The notes under the pieces: generated by a model
The model's input: the letters and a program-made list of their open reading frames with translations, nothing else
Told to the model about the DNA's origin: nothing
The model's database searches: none
From: Chlamydiota bacterium
Lineage (GTDB): Bacteria; Chlamydiota; Chlamydiia; Chlamydiales; RGXB01
NCBI GenBank assembly: GCA_947494155.1
Contig: CANLTW010000001.1
Span: forward strand, 84,231 to 148,230
Length of the DNA: 64,000 nt
Direction: 5' to 3'
Shown: piece after piece, positions 1-8,459 of the stretch
How positions within the stretch are numbered: the first letter of the stretch is position 1
How the letters are laid out: every line of letters begins with the position of its first letter
Translations under genes and position numbers: made by a program

Positions 1-146
1 ACCTTTAGCACCTGTAAACGTTGGAAAAGATCTTTGTCGGAAACTGCCAATAGATCTTCCACCATCCATTTTTCATGGGGGGTAGAAGGATCCCAAGCAA
101 CCTGGGCTTTAAGTAGATTATAGTGTGCTTTGATCTCTTTTTTCAT
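1..146 (-). CDS. Partial CDS (N-terminal 48 codons, continues past the left edge); unknown product
   Basis: Reverse-strand ATG at 146-144 is followed by 48 sense codons to the window edge (MKKEIKAHYNLLKAQVAWDPSTPHEKWMVEDLLAVSDKDLFQRLQVLK...), translated by hand. It is too short for the ORF track and has no recognisable domain. Confidence 0.3.
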   Translation of the reverse strand, partial: MKKEIKAHYNLLKAQVAWDPSTPHEKWMVEDLLAVSDKDLFQRLQVLK

Positions 147-194
147 TCTATCTTTAGGTTTATCTTAAGGGTAGGCTATGATATTAACGATAAA

Positions 195-590
195 GTGAAA
201 AAGATCAAACGAAAATCCTTTCTTGTTGTTGAGGTTTTACTAGCCTTTTTACTTGTAGTGATCCTCCTTTCTACCCTCATACAGGCACCCAATTCCCTTT
301 ATAAATCATTGAAAATCAATCAAAAAAAGATCGATTTTTTTTTCGAGAGAAACATTTTGATCCACGATTTGATGCTCCATTTAGACCAAAAAAAAACCCT
401 AAAAAATGGGGAAGAGATCACCCTAGACAAAAAAAATTTTCAATCCCGCACTGTCAAGATCCATTACACATTCGAACCTACCGATCCCTGTTGTAGACTG
501 GAATGCACCCTATATCTTAAGACCCATGAGGGGCATGAAGATACCAGTGTGGCTTTTTTGGTGGTAAAACCAAGAAAATCAATAAGATAA
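195..590 (+). CDS. Pseudopilin-like small protein (prepilin-type N-terminal helix); start uncertain
   Basis: An in-frame GTG at 195 within track ORF 123..590 gives VKKIKRKSFLVVEVLLAFLLVVILL. That is a basic leader, then F-x-x-x-E and a hydrophobic helix, as in type II secretion pseudopilins. The 123 start would overlap the divergent gene at 1..146. Confidence 0.4.
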   Translation: MKKIKRKSFLVVEVLLAFLLVVILLSTLIQAPNSLYKSLKINQKKIDFFFERNILIHDLMLHLDQKKTLKNGEEITLDKKNFQSRTVKIHYTFEPTDPCCRLECTLYLKTHEGHEDTSVAFLVVKPRKSIR

Positions 591-629
591 TCTTTGCATT
601 AAACAATCCTTATCCTCTATGAAAAGATC

Positions 630-2477
630 ATGGAAGAGCCACAATTTAAGCCTTATATCGGACACAAGCAATCTGGAAAAGAATTTACCCTTCGCGCCGT
701 CATTTTAGGGATTATCCTCGGATTTATCTTCGCTGTGGGGAATGCCTATCTAGGTCTCAAGATCGGGATGACGATTTCGGCATCCATCCCCGCTGCGGTA
801 TTTTCGATGACCATAATGAAAATTTTATTCAAAGACGGGTTTATTTTAGAACATAACCTCGTGCAAACGATGGCCTCTGTGGGTGAGGCCATTGCTGCGA
901 GCGTAATTTTCGTTTTCCCCGCCTTCTTTTTTTTAGGTCTTACTCCCAGCTCCTTTGAAATTTTTCTTTTAATACTCATTGGTGGAGTGACCGGTATCCT
1001 TTTTATGATACCCATGCGCCGTTATGTAATTGTTAAGGAGCATGGCAAACTTATTTTTCCTGAAGGGACCGCTTGCGCAGAGATTTTGCGTGCTGGTGAA
1101 GAAAAAGGGCATGCCGGAGCACTCGTTGCCGGTCTTGGTCTTCTAATAGGTGCCGTGTGCAAATTTTTTATCTCCGGGTTAAAAATTTTTGAGGAAAACA
1201 TCCAATTTAACCTATTTAAACCCAACGGCGTCCTCACTTTTGAGGCGACTCCCTCTTTGATTGGTGTCGGATTTATTATTGGACCTAGGATAGCAAGCTA
1301 CATGTTTGCAGGTGGACTCATGGGGTGGTGGATTTTGATCCCCCTCATTTCTACCTTTGGTGTTTCAGATACGGTCATCTATCCAGCATCTGTAGATGTC
1401 GATTCTCTCGACTCCTACGGAATATGGAGTAATTACATCCGCTATGTCGGTGCCGGAGCAGTTGCCGTAGGGGGCCTTTTTAGCCTCATCAAAATAGCGC
1501 CAATAGCCACAAGCTCCCTTTACGAGGGGTTCAAAGATCTATTTAAAGGGCTTAAACATGCGGCCGATGTTCAACGCACCGATCGGGATATCCCTATGGG
1601 ATTTCTTATTCTAGGCTCTATTGTCTCGGTATTTTTGATCTGGGCATTGCCCATTTTTCAAATGAATCTTGTCGCAACGATCCTCACCGTAATTTTAGCA
1701 TTCTTTTTTACGGGTGTTGTCTCCATCACGGTCGGTCTCGTCGGCAGCTCGACGAACCCCACATCGGGGATGTTGATCACCTCGCTTTTGATTACCTGCA
1801 CCCTATTTTTTGTATTAGGTTGGACCGAAAAAATCTATTTGGCCATGAGTTTGACAAGTGTCGCTTTTATCAGCGTAGCGATTTGTTTAGCCTCTGCGAC
1901 CTCACAAGACCTTAAAACCGGATTTCTCCTTGGTGCCACCCCGGCCAAGCTCCAGATTGCGGAAATGATCGGATTGATCTTGCCAGCATTGGTAATGGGT
2001 TCGATTCTCCACCTGCTCAACCAAGCCTACGGCCTAGGTTCGGTGGATCTGCCCGCACCGCAGGCGACTCTATTATCTTTTATCGCTAACGGCATCTTGA
2101 AAGGGCAGCTCCCCTATATTTTTGTGCTCATCGGTATTTTTCTAGGCCTTATTTTAGCCCTAATGCGGCTCCCTATTCTTCCGTTTGCAATCGGTCTATA
2201 TCTCCCGTTAGATCTGTCTGCAACAATTATGCTGGGCGGAATAGTCCATCTTTTCATAAAAAAACTCCAACGCCCTACACAAAAAGGGGTCTTGGCAGCT
2301 TCGGGGCTTGTAGCCGGTGATGCATGCATGGGGGTTCTTGTCGCTCTTTTATCTATTTTAGGAGTGCTCCCCAATAAACCACTCGCTCTCTTTTCTGATA
2401 CTGCTAGTTTCTTAGCCCTTTTTGCTATAGCGGTACTATTGGCAATTATGGCTTACCAAAAAAAGAGATCCATCTAA
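630..2477 (+). CDS. OPT-family oligopeptide transporter
   Basis: 615-aa polytopic membrane protein. The N-terminal GLKIGMTISASIPAAV and the mid-protein NPTSGM match my recollection of the OPT superfamily. Confidence 0.8.
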   Translation: MEEPQFKPYIGHKQSGKEFTLRAVILGIILGFIFAVGNAYLGLKIGMTISASIPAAVFSMTIMKILFKDGFILEHNLVQTMASVGEAIAASVIFVFPAFFFLGLTPSSFEIFLLILIGGVTGILFMIPMRRYVIVKEHGKLIFPEGTACAEILRAGEEKGHAGALVAGLGLLIGAVCKFFISGLKIFEENIQFNLFKPNGVLTFEATPSLIGVGFIIGPRIASYMFAGGLMGWWILIPLISTFGVSDTVIYPASVDVDSLDSYGIWSNYIRYVGAGAVAVGGLFSLIKIAPIATSSLYEGFKDLFKGLKHAADVQRTDRDIPMGFLILGSIVSVFLIWALPIFQMNLVATILTVILAFFFTGVVSITVGLVGSSTNPTSGMLITSLLITCTLFFVLGWTEKIYLAMSLTSVAFISVAICLASATSQDLKTGFLLGATPAKLQIAEMIGLILPALVMGSILHLLNQAYGLGSVDLPAPQATLLSFIANGILKGQLPYIFVLIGIFLGLILALMRLPILPFAIGLYLPLDLSATIMLGGIVHLFIKKLQRPTQKGVLAASGLVAGDACMGVLVALLSILGVLPNKPLALFSDTASFLALFAIAVLLAIMAYQKKRSI

Positions 2478-2520
2478 TCCATTTTGAAAAAAATCTTCTT
2501 CTGGAATTATACTTTCCCTG

Positions 2521-3135
2521 ATGAAGATAACAAAAAAATCTTTAAAAGGGTTTACCCTAATTGAAGCGATGATTGCTCTTCTCTTATCGGGAATCCTTTT
2601 TTATGTTCTAAGCGGCTGGATCACCTTCTTTTCGTTTGCCTCAAAAAATTTAACTCAGATTACAACGGACTTTTTTCCACAAAGTCTTGTGCACCTAAAA
2701 AGAGCTCTGAACAATATCGACTATGATGTGGCCCCTTTAAGGCTGGATGCAACATCAAAAGAGTGTAGTTTTGCCTACAGGCCCCAGGGACTTGAGAGAA
2801 AAAAAAACCCTACAGTCTTTGCTAGACTGTTTGTTTTTGAAGATCGGTTGTACTTGGAGAAACGGGGAGAGGATAACCGTCTTATAGAAAAAGTTCCCCT
2901 TCTTAAACAGACAGAGAATCTCAAAATCACCCTTTTAGGATTCCTCTTTCAGGAGAAGATAACCTCTTTTGTGGAGCTAGAAGAACTCAAACCCTCGGAT
3001 TCATTTATCCCCATCTCGATACGATTGGAAACAAAGAACAAAAACTTTGATGTGGATCTTCCCACTCTTTACGCAGAAAACCTCCTATTGCAACTACACC
3101 TTTCACCCACTAAAAAGGGGACACCATGCAGCTAA
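2521..3135 (+). CDS. Minor pseudopilin (prepilin-type N-terminal cleavage/methylation motif)
   Basis: N-terminus MKITKKSLKGFTLIEAMIALLLSGILF has the canonical G|FTLIE motif with Glu at +5, followed by a hydrophobic helix. Confidence 0.7.
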   Translation: MKITKKSLKGFTLIEAMIALLLSGILFYVLSGWITFFSFASKNLTQITTDFFPQSLVHLKRALNNIDYDVAPLRLDATSKECSFAYRPQGLERKKNPTVFARLFVFEDRLYLEKRGEDNRLIEKVPLLKQTENLKITLLGFLFQEKITSFVELEELKPSDSFIPISIRLETKNKNFDVDLPTLYAENLLLQLHLSPTKKGTPCS

Positions 3136-4058
3136 TTCCTTTCGTTCTCGTGGTTTTTTTCCTTTTGTCTCTGACAACACTCTCGTCGTATAATAAAGTA
3201 AGTCGCCACATCCAATTTCAAGAGCGAGTTCTTTATCACCTATCGATAGAGCAAAAACTTCAGCAAGAGGCTCTTGACACCTTTTTTGAAGCCAGTTTCA
3301 AGCAAGAAAACGAAAATAAAAAAAAGACGAAAAACCGTACCTCCATTTTCCACAACCGGCGTGAAAAAGGGTATCTGCTCAACTCACGACTTGTCATCAA
3401 ACCCCTTTTTACTCGCAATGATCCTGTTTTAAAAAAATTGGCTTCACGATTTTTGCAACTTTTATACCCCTCCTCCCTTGGCTTTGATAGCGATGCTTTA
3501 TTGGAGGAAATCTTAGAAAAGGGGGCTCAAATCATCGAATCTAAACCTAAAACCCCCTTTTTTACCCTCTACGATCTCATAGAACCCTCCCAAGAGCTTT
3601 TGCGCGCCATCGAGGGAAAACCGGGTTACCGTTTCGGTCAAAAAGATTCCTATCCCCCTTTAGGCGACTACCTGGAAATTTTCCCCAAATCAGATAGGAG
3701 CCCCGTTTGTTCACTCTTTGCCTCTACTCCTCTCCTTTTTGCCCTTTTTTCTGAAAAGGGATCCAAAAAAATTCTTGAAGAAGAGTCAAAACGTTTTTTA
3801 GAGGATAAACACTCCCCCTATTGCAATAAAAAAGATCTCCAGGAACTCTTTTTAAGCGACACTACCATCGATACTAAAATTTGGTCGCTTATCGCTGATC
3901 AGACGATGAGGGGATCAAAAGAGGGGGAACTGGAGCTGATTGTTATTGACCCTAAGTTACGACTTGAGGCTCGCGGTACGTTGCGTACATTTCCGCTAAA
4001 GAGAGGTGACTTGCAAGAGGGAGCTCCATCACAAACTCCGTCCATTCCTGGTGTTTAG
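3126..4058 (+). CDS. Hypothetical membrane-anchored protein, possibly a GspK-like pseudopilin partner
   Basis: It overlaps the preceding pseudopilin gene by 10 nt. There is an N-terminal hydrophobic helix (LIPFVLVVFFLLSLTTL) without Glu+5. No other motif was recognised. Confidence 0.4.
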   Translation: MQLIPFVLVVFFLLSLTTLSSYNKVSRHIQFQERVLYHLSIEQKLQQEALDTFFEASFKQENENKKKTKNRTSIFHNRREKGYLLNSRLVIKPLFTRNDPVLKKLASRFLQLLYPSSLGFDSDALLEEILEKGAQIIESKPKTPFFTLYDLIEPSQELLRAIEGKPGYRFGQKDSYPPLGDYLEIFPKSDRSPVCSLFASTPLLFALFSEKGSKKILEEESKRFLEDKHSPYCNKKDLQELFLSDTTIDTKIWSLIADQTMRGSKEGELELIVIDPKLRLEARGTLRTFPLKRGDLQEGAPSQTPSIPGV

Positions 4059-4809
4059 AAAAAACAGAGATTTCCCCCCGATGGTTCTCAACAATTTTTT
4101 TCACAATCGATAAGCCAAGACCGGCGCCCCCTAAACGTCGAGAGTGCGTTTTATCTACTGTGTAAAATCGATCGAAAAGATGCGGGAGATCTTTTTCAGG
4201 TATCCCCATTCCCTCATCCTTAATCTTGATTTTACAACTTTGCTCCCCAACTTCCAGGCGGATAGCGATTCGAGCAGCCCCCTTAGAATATTTAACAGCA
4301 TTTTCTAAAAGATTTCTTAGTGCGAGTTCGAGAAGGTCCAAATTTGCCCAAATACGAATACTGGAATCTTTAAGGTAGGTTTCAATTGTTGCCTCCTGGT
4401 GAATAGAGATCAAATTGTAGCTCACCTCATCTATGATTTGCACAAGATCACAATCCTCAAATCCCCCTTTAGGACAATTTTCTAAATCGGCTAAAAGCAG
4501 AAGACTTTTTACTAAGGATTCCATCCGCTCACAGCTCTTGAGCATTTTTTTTAGGATTTCACTAAAAAGATCCTGCGAGATCTCGGGCATGTCCCGCATA
4601 GTCTCTAAAAAGCCTTTGATGATCGTTATAGGGGTTCTCAGCTCGTGAGAGGCGTTAGCAACAAAATCCCGCCCTACGTCCAAACGCTCCTGTCTTAAAA
4701 CCAACCCCTCCTCTTTACGCTCCATTTTAGAGATTTTTAATTGTCTTGATAGGGTAATTCCCCAACTGAAACTTAGAATAAAGGCGAAAAGTAAAATTAA
4801 GGTGATCAT
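3952..4809 (-). CDS. Sensor histidine kinase (HisKA + HATPase_c) with a minimal input region
   Basis: 285 aa with one N-terminal TM helix. H-box ASHELRTPITIIKGF, N-box LLENAVKYS, G1 DEGMGI, G2 GGAGLGLSIV. Confidence 0.85.
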   Translation of the reverse strand: MITLILLFAFILSFSWGITLSRQLKISKMERKEEGLVLRQERLDVGRDFVANASHELRTPITIIKGFLETMRDMPEISQDLFSEILKKMLKSCERMESLVKSLLLLADLENCPKGGFEDCDLVQIIDEVSYNLISIHQEATIETYLKDSSIRIWANLDLLELALRNLLENAVKYSKGAARIAIRLEVGEQSCKIKIKDEGMGIPEKDLPHLFDRFYTVDKTHSRRLGGAGLGLSIVKKIVENHRGEISVFSKHQEWTEFVMELPLASHLSLAEMYATYREPQVVT

Positions 4810-4935
4810 AGTTTCTTTTTGCTTAGATAGGTTCTAGCCTTGGAATTTTAACCCTTTTTCCGTTGATTTGCACCTAAAAACTCTTTGGCAACGAATCGAG
4901 CAAATTTTTTTAAGAAACAAAAAAGGGTCTTAGGT

Positions 4936-7437
4936 TCAGGGGGTTTTTACCTTATAGAGAATATAGGGCTTTGAGATCCCCTGAAACCTGCGCTCCCCCT
5001 CACATTCGACCTCAATCTGCCCGACAATGTTATCATAGATATTAGTAGTGATCCAAATTTCGCCCCCTTTTGCCTCATCGCAAACCCTGGAAGTAATATT
5101 CACACTAGACCCAATTACAGTAAACTCGCTGTGCTCCTCTGAGCCCATAATCCCCTCAGTGACTTTGGCATAGTGGATGCCAATACCAGCCTCCAAAGCA
5201 ACCTTGTTCTCTGTTTTTCTTTGCTCATTCAGTACAAGTATGTGTTTCTGAATTTCGATTGCAGCCCTTACCGCATTTAATGGACCCTGTGGATTTTCCT
5301 CGGGGACTCCCCAAAGAGCTAATACAGCATCCCCCTCGAATTTATCGATAATCCCCCCATGATTTTTTATTATACTAACGATGTTGTTGAAATAGGTATT
5401 TAGCATCAAAACCATCTGATTAGCCGGCATACTTTCTGTAAGCTCTGTAAATTTTCTGAAGTCTAAAAAGAAAATGGTCGCAAGTACCTGTTTACCGTGC
5501 AAAGAGGCGGCATCCGATAAAATTTTTTCGGCTATTTCAGGCGCTAAAAACTTATTTAAAACACTTCTGGAACGCTCTCCATCTCTCATCCGTTTGAGCA
5601 TGGCCTCAAAGTTTGCAAACAATGTTTTAAGCTCATCCGGTTGATTACTGTACTCCTCCTTAAGAGGAAAATCGGTCTCTTTACCACTTCCAACCGACTG
5701 TACTGCCTCTGCCAAAGTAGTTATGGGCTTTAATACAGAACGCAACAGGTACCAAAGTAAAAAGATGATTGCTGTGGTGAGTACGATTCCAAAGGCGTAG
5801 ATCTCTTCGGTCAAAGATCTCAATAGGCTCTTAATATCCCTGGCCAAATTTTGCAAAATTTCTATTTCGCTGATGCGTAATTTGAATACAAAAAGATCCA
5901 TATCCATATCTTCATAGGGCTGTATACGGAAAAAAATGTACTCATTCCCTAAAGCATCTCTAGTGACCCCATGGGTTACTTTTTTCATTCTCTCTAAAAT
6001 TTCCTTAGAGAGGACGATCTTGTCTTCGATCGACCCATCGGGCCTGTAGGCTTTAAGTACGGAGTCGTTCACCACTAAAAATGTTGATTCTTGAGTGGCA
6101 ACAGCCACTTTTTGCAGGAATTTGGATGCATCGATACCCAGCATGATAGAACCGAATCGCGTCTTATTCGTTTTGGGATCCAAGTAATTTAATTGCAACC
6201 GGTTTCCAATGTACATCCTGCTATCAGCATCATGGTAGATAATCCCCACTCCGCCATTCAGCTTTTCCAAATCATTATCAAAACCGCCACTTATACCTGT
6301 AGGATCGAAAAGCTTAAAAGGTATATCGGGGGAGATCTCCTCCCAAATAAACCCTAAACCTTTAGGGTGGTTCCCTTGTGTTCTGGCAAAACCGTCTGGA
6401 GCTTTCGATGCATCCGGGTCATACCCGAAAATACCTGACAAAAATATCGCGCTGAATTCCCAAATGAAGCGATGTAGATCCCAATTTCTACTCATCTCTT
6501 CATACCGAACCGGGATAATTTCCTGGTTATCTAGGGAATCTTCGGAAATCGTTTCTAATTTTTCGTAAATGCTCTCTCCATCCCTGATCTGCTTTTTTAA
6601 TGGATCAAGCTTAGTTTTTAGCCAATCCTGTGCCTGCGGTGAATCTAGCGCTTCATACAGCTGTTTTGCTTCAGGGGTCAAAAGATTATTATGAACTTTT
6701 TCAATACTGCTGATAAGTGCTTTTGAGATGGCCTGAAATGCAGGGTCATTTTTGACCCAAACGCTGATCTGAAGAGGTTTAATGGGATTCCCTTCTACTG
6801 TTGCTTTTAGGTTTGAGGGATCTAGATTTAAAATATCTTTGGGGTTGAAAAGAATCCAAAAGGCGAAACCCTCAGGTTGATCCTTCAGGCCCGATATGTC
6901 GAAAGGGGTGTAATCTACTAAAGGGCCCATCCATACCGGAATACCAATGTACGGGCCGATCAAATTGCCTTTAGCGTCATACTTGGCAAAAATCTCCACC
7001 CCGGGTGCACCCTCAAAATGCCAAAAACCACTCGCATAGGGTGGCTCTAAAGCATACAGAGCCGTGACATTCCCCTCGTTTTCGACTTGAATAAACTCTA
7101 CCCAAGGATCTATTAAAAGAGCTGATGCTGCAGAAAACCAGTTCCCCTTTTCAGCATTTTCAGGTGTAGGAAGAAACTGACTTTTTACGTATTCATACTG
7201 GTTGATTTTCATCAACAGCATATTTGTTCTTACTTGCGTATCTGAAAGAACAGAGCGCAGATAGCGCTCAAGATTCTCCCTTTTCTCCTCATATTGTCGG
7301 ATAATCTCTTCTTCGACATTCTTTTCCGCTTTATTCAGCTGTTTTGAGATGGTGATTTGCTGGATGGAAATATAAAGAATAAATCCAAGCACAAAAACAA
7401 TACTGACTAAAGAGAGAATTTTGACACGTAAACGCAT
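4936..7437 (-). CDS. Receptor-type class III adenylate/guanylate cyclase (2 TM, large extracytoplasmic domain, HAMP, cyclase)
   Basis: 833 aa. TM1 is ILSLVSIVFVLGFILYI, followed by about 500 aa between TM helices, then TM2 FGIVLTTAIIFLLWYLL and a HAMP-like linker. Cyclase core motifs are FFLDFRKFT, KFEGDAVLALWG and GSSVNITSRV. Confidence 0.8.
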   Translation of the reverse strand: MRLRVKILSLVSIVFVLGFILYISIQQITISKQLNKAEKNVEEEIIRQYEEKRENLERYLRSVLSDTQVRTNMLLMKINQYEYVKSQFLPTPENAEKGNWFSAASALLIDPWVEFIQVENEGNVTALYALEPPYASGFWHFEGAPGVEIFAKYDAKGNLIGPYIGIPVWMGPLVDYTPFDISGLKDQPEGFAFWILFNPKDILNLDPSNLKATVEGNPIKPLQISVWVKNDPAFQAISKALISSIEKVHNNLLTPEAKQLYEALDSPQAQDWLKTKLDPLKKQIRDGESIYEKLETISEDSLDNQEIIPVRYEEMSRNWDLHRFIWEFSAIFLSGIFGYDPDASKAPDGFARTQGNHPKGLGFIWEEISPDIPFKLFDPTGISGGFDNDLEKLNGGVGIIYHDADSRMYIGNRLQLNYLDPKTNKTRFGSIMLGIDASKFLQKVAVATQESTFLVVNDSVLKAYRPDGSIEDKIVLSKEILERMKKVTHGVTRDALGNEYIFFRIQPYEDMDMDLFVFKLRISEIEILQNLARDIKSLLRSLTEEIYAFGIVLTTAIIFLLWYLLRSVLKPITTLAEAVQSVGSGKETDFPLKEEYSNQPDELKTLFANFEAMLKRMRDGERSRSVLNKFLAPEIAEKILSDAASLHGKQVLATIFFLDFRKFTELTESMPANQMVLMLNTYFNNIVSIIKNHGGIIDKFEGDAVLALWGVPEENPQGPLNAVRAAIEIQKHILVLNEQRKTENKVALEAGIGIHYAKVTEGIMGSEEHSEFTVIGSSVNITSRVCDEAKGGEIWITTNIYDNIVGQIEVECEGERRFQGISKPYILYKVKTP

Positions 7438-7496
7438 GACTTACATTTAACAAAATCCCCCTTAAGGTAAAACACCTTTTTAAAGTGCTTAAGTTT

Positions 7497-8459
7497 TCAA
7501 AAGAAAGAATCCTCTCCCGTGAGGATTTCAGAACCAGTTTCTGTGACTAAAACCATACTCTCATACCTTGCCCCGTCTTGTTGGGGTCGATAGAGACCGG
7601 GCTCTACAGTGATAACCATCCCGGGCTCTAAAATTTTTTCTTTATCGGTTTTATAAAAAGGCCTTTCATGCACTTCTAAACCGATACCATGGCCCAAAGA
7701 GTGGTCTTTGAGAGGGATAATTGTTTTGACAAGTTGATCCAACTCTTTTAAAGCTATACCCGGTTTAATCGCATAGATCACCTGATCGTGAGCCTCTTTG
7801 ACCTGTTCTATAAGTGAGCTATGTATCGTTCTTGTCATGTCCCCCATGTAGTAATCTTTTTTCACCCCCAGATCGACTAAAACGGTCTCTTTAGATTGAT
7901 ACTTGCGCTTGGTAGGTCTGTGGTGCACATGTGCACTATTGGATCCAAAAGCAATGATAGGGGCAAACGAGGGTGATCGGACCAGTTCTGCCAGCTCCTC
8001 CTCGGTTATCCCCTCTTTCAGAGATTCCAAGACTAGCCGCATCGTTGCAGCGGTAAGATCGGCTGCTTGTCTCAAAAGCTTTATTTCCTGAGCATCTTTT
8101 ATGATACGCAACTCTTCAACCACCATTTTGGACAAAAACTCTACGTTTGGATAGGCCTGGCTGAATTCCAAATACTGGCCGTAACTGACGTTTTCCCCCT
8201 CAATCACAACCTTTGCATAGTCTTTGAACCGTTCATGAAGTGGCTTATCACTTACTTTGTACCCTTTTTCCTCTGCATCAGTGGTGTAACGAAGGTCTAA
8301 GTACAAAGTAAACAAACCTTGCTCGACAACAAGCATCCCTACTGAAACATCCAACCCCAAAAGGTAGAAAAGATTAATAGGTTTTGTAACTACAAAGCAA
8401 TCGATGTGGTATTCTTGTAACTTTTTTTGCAATTTTTCTAGTCTTTGCACGAAAAACAC
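7497..8459 (-). CDS. M24-family Xaa-Pro peptidase
   Basis: 320 aa. Pita-bread metal-ligand motifs DLGVKKDYYMGDMTRT, HSLGHGIGLEVHE, VITVEPG and YESMVLVTE. Confidence 0.75.
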   Translation of the reverse strand: MFFVQRLEKLQKKLQEYHIDCFVVTKPINLFYLLGLDVSVGMLVVEQGLFTLYLDLRYTTDAEEKGYKVSDKPLHERFKDYAKVVIEGENVSYGQYLEFSQAYPNVEFLSKMVVEELRIIKDAQEIKLLRQAADLTAATMRLVLESLKEGITEEELAELVRSPSFAPIIAFGSNSAHVHHRPTKRKYQSKETVLVDLGVKKDYYMGDMTRTIHSSLIEQVKEAHDQVIYAIKPGIALKELDQLVKTIIPLKDHSLGHGIGLEVHERPFYKTDKEKILEPGMVITVEPGLYRPQQDGARYESMVLVTETGSEILTGEDSFF

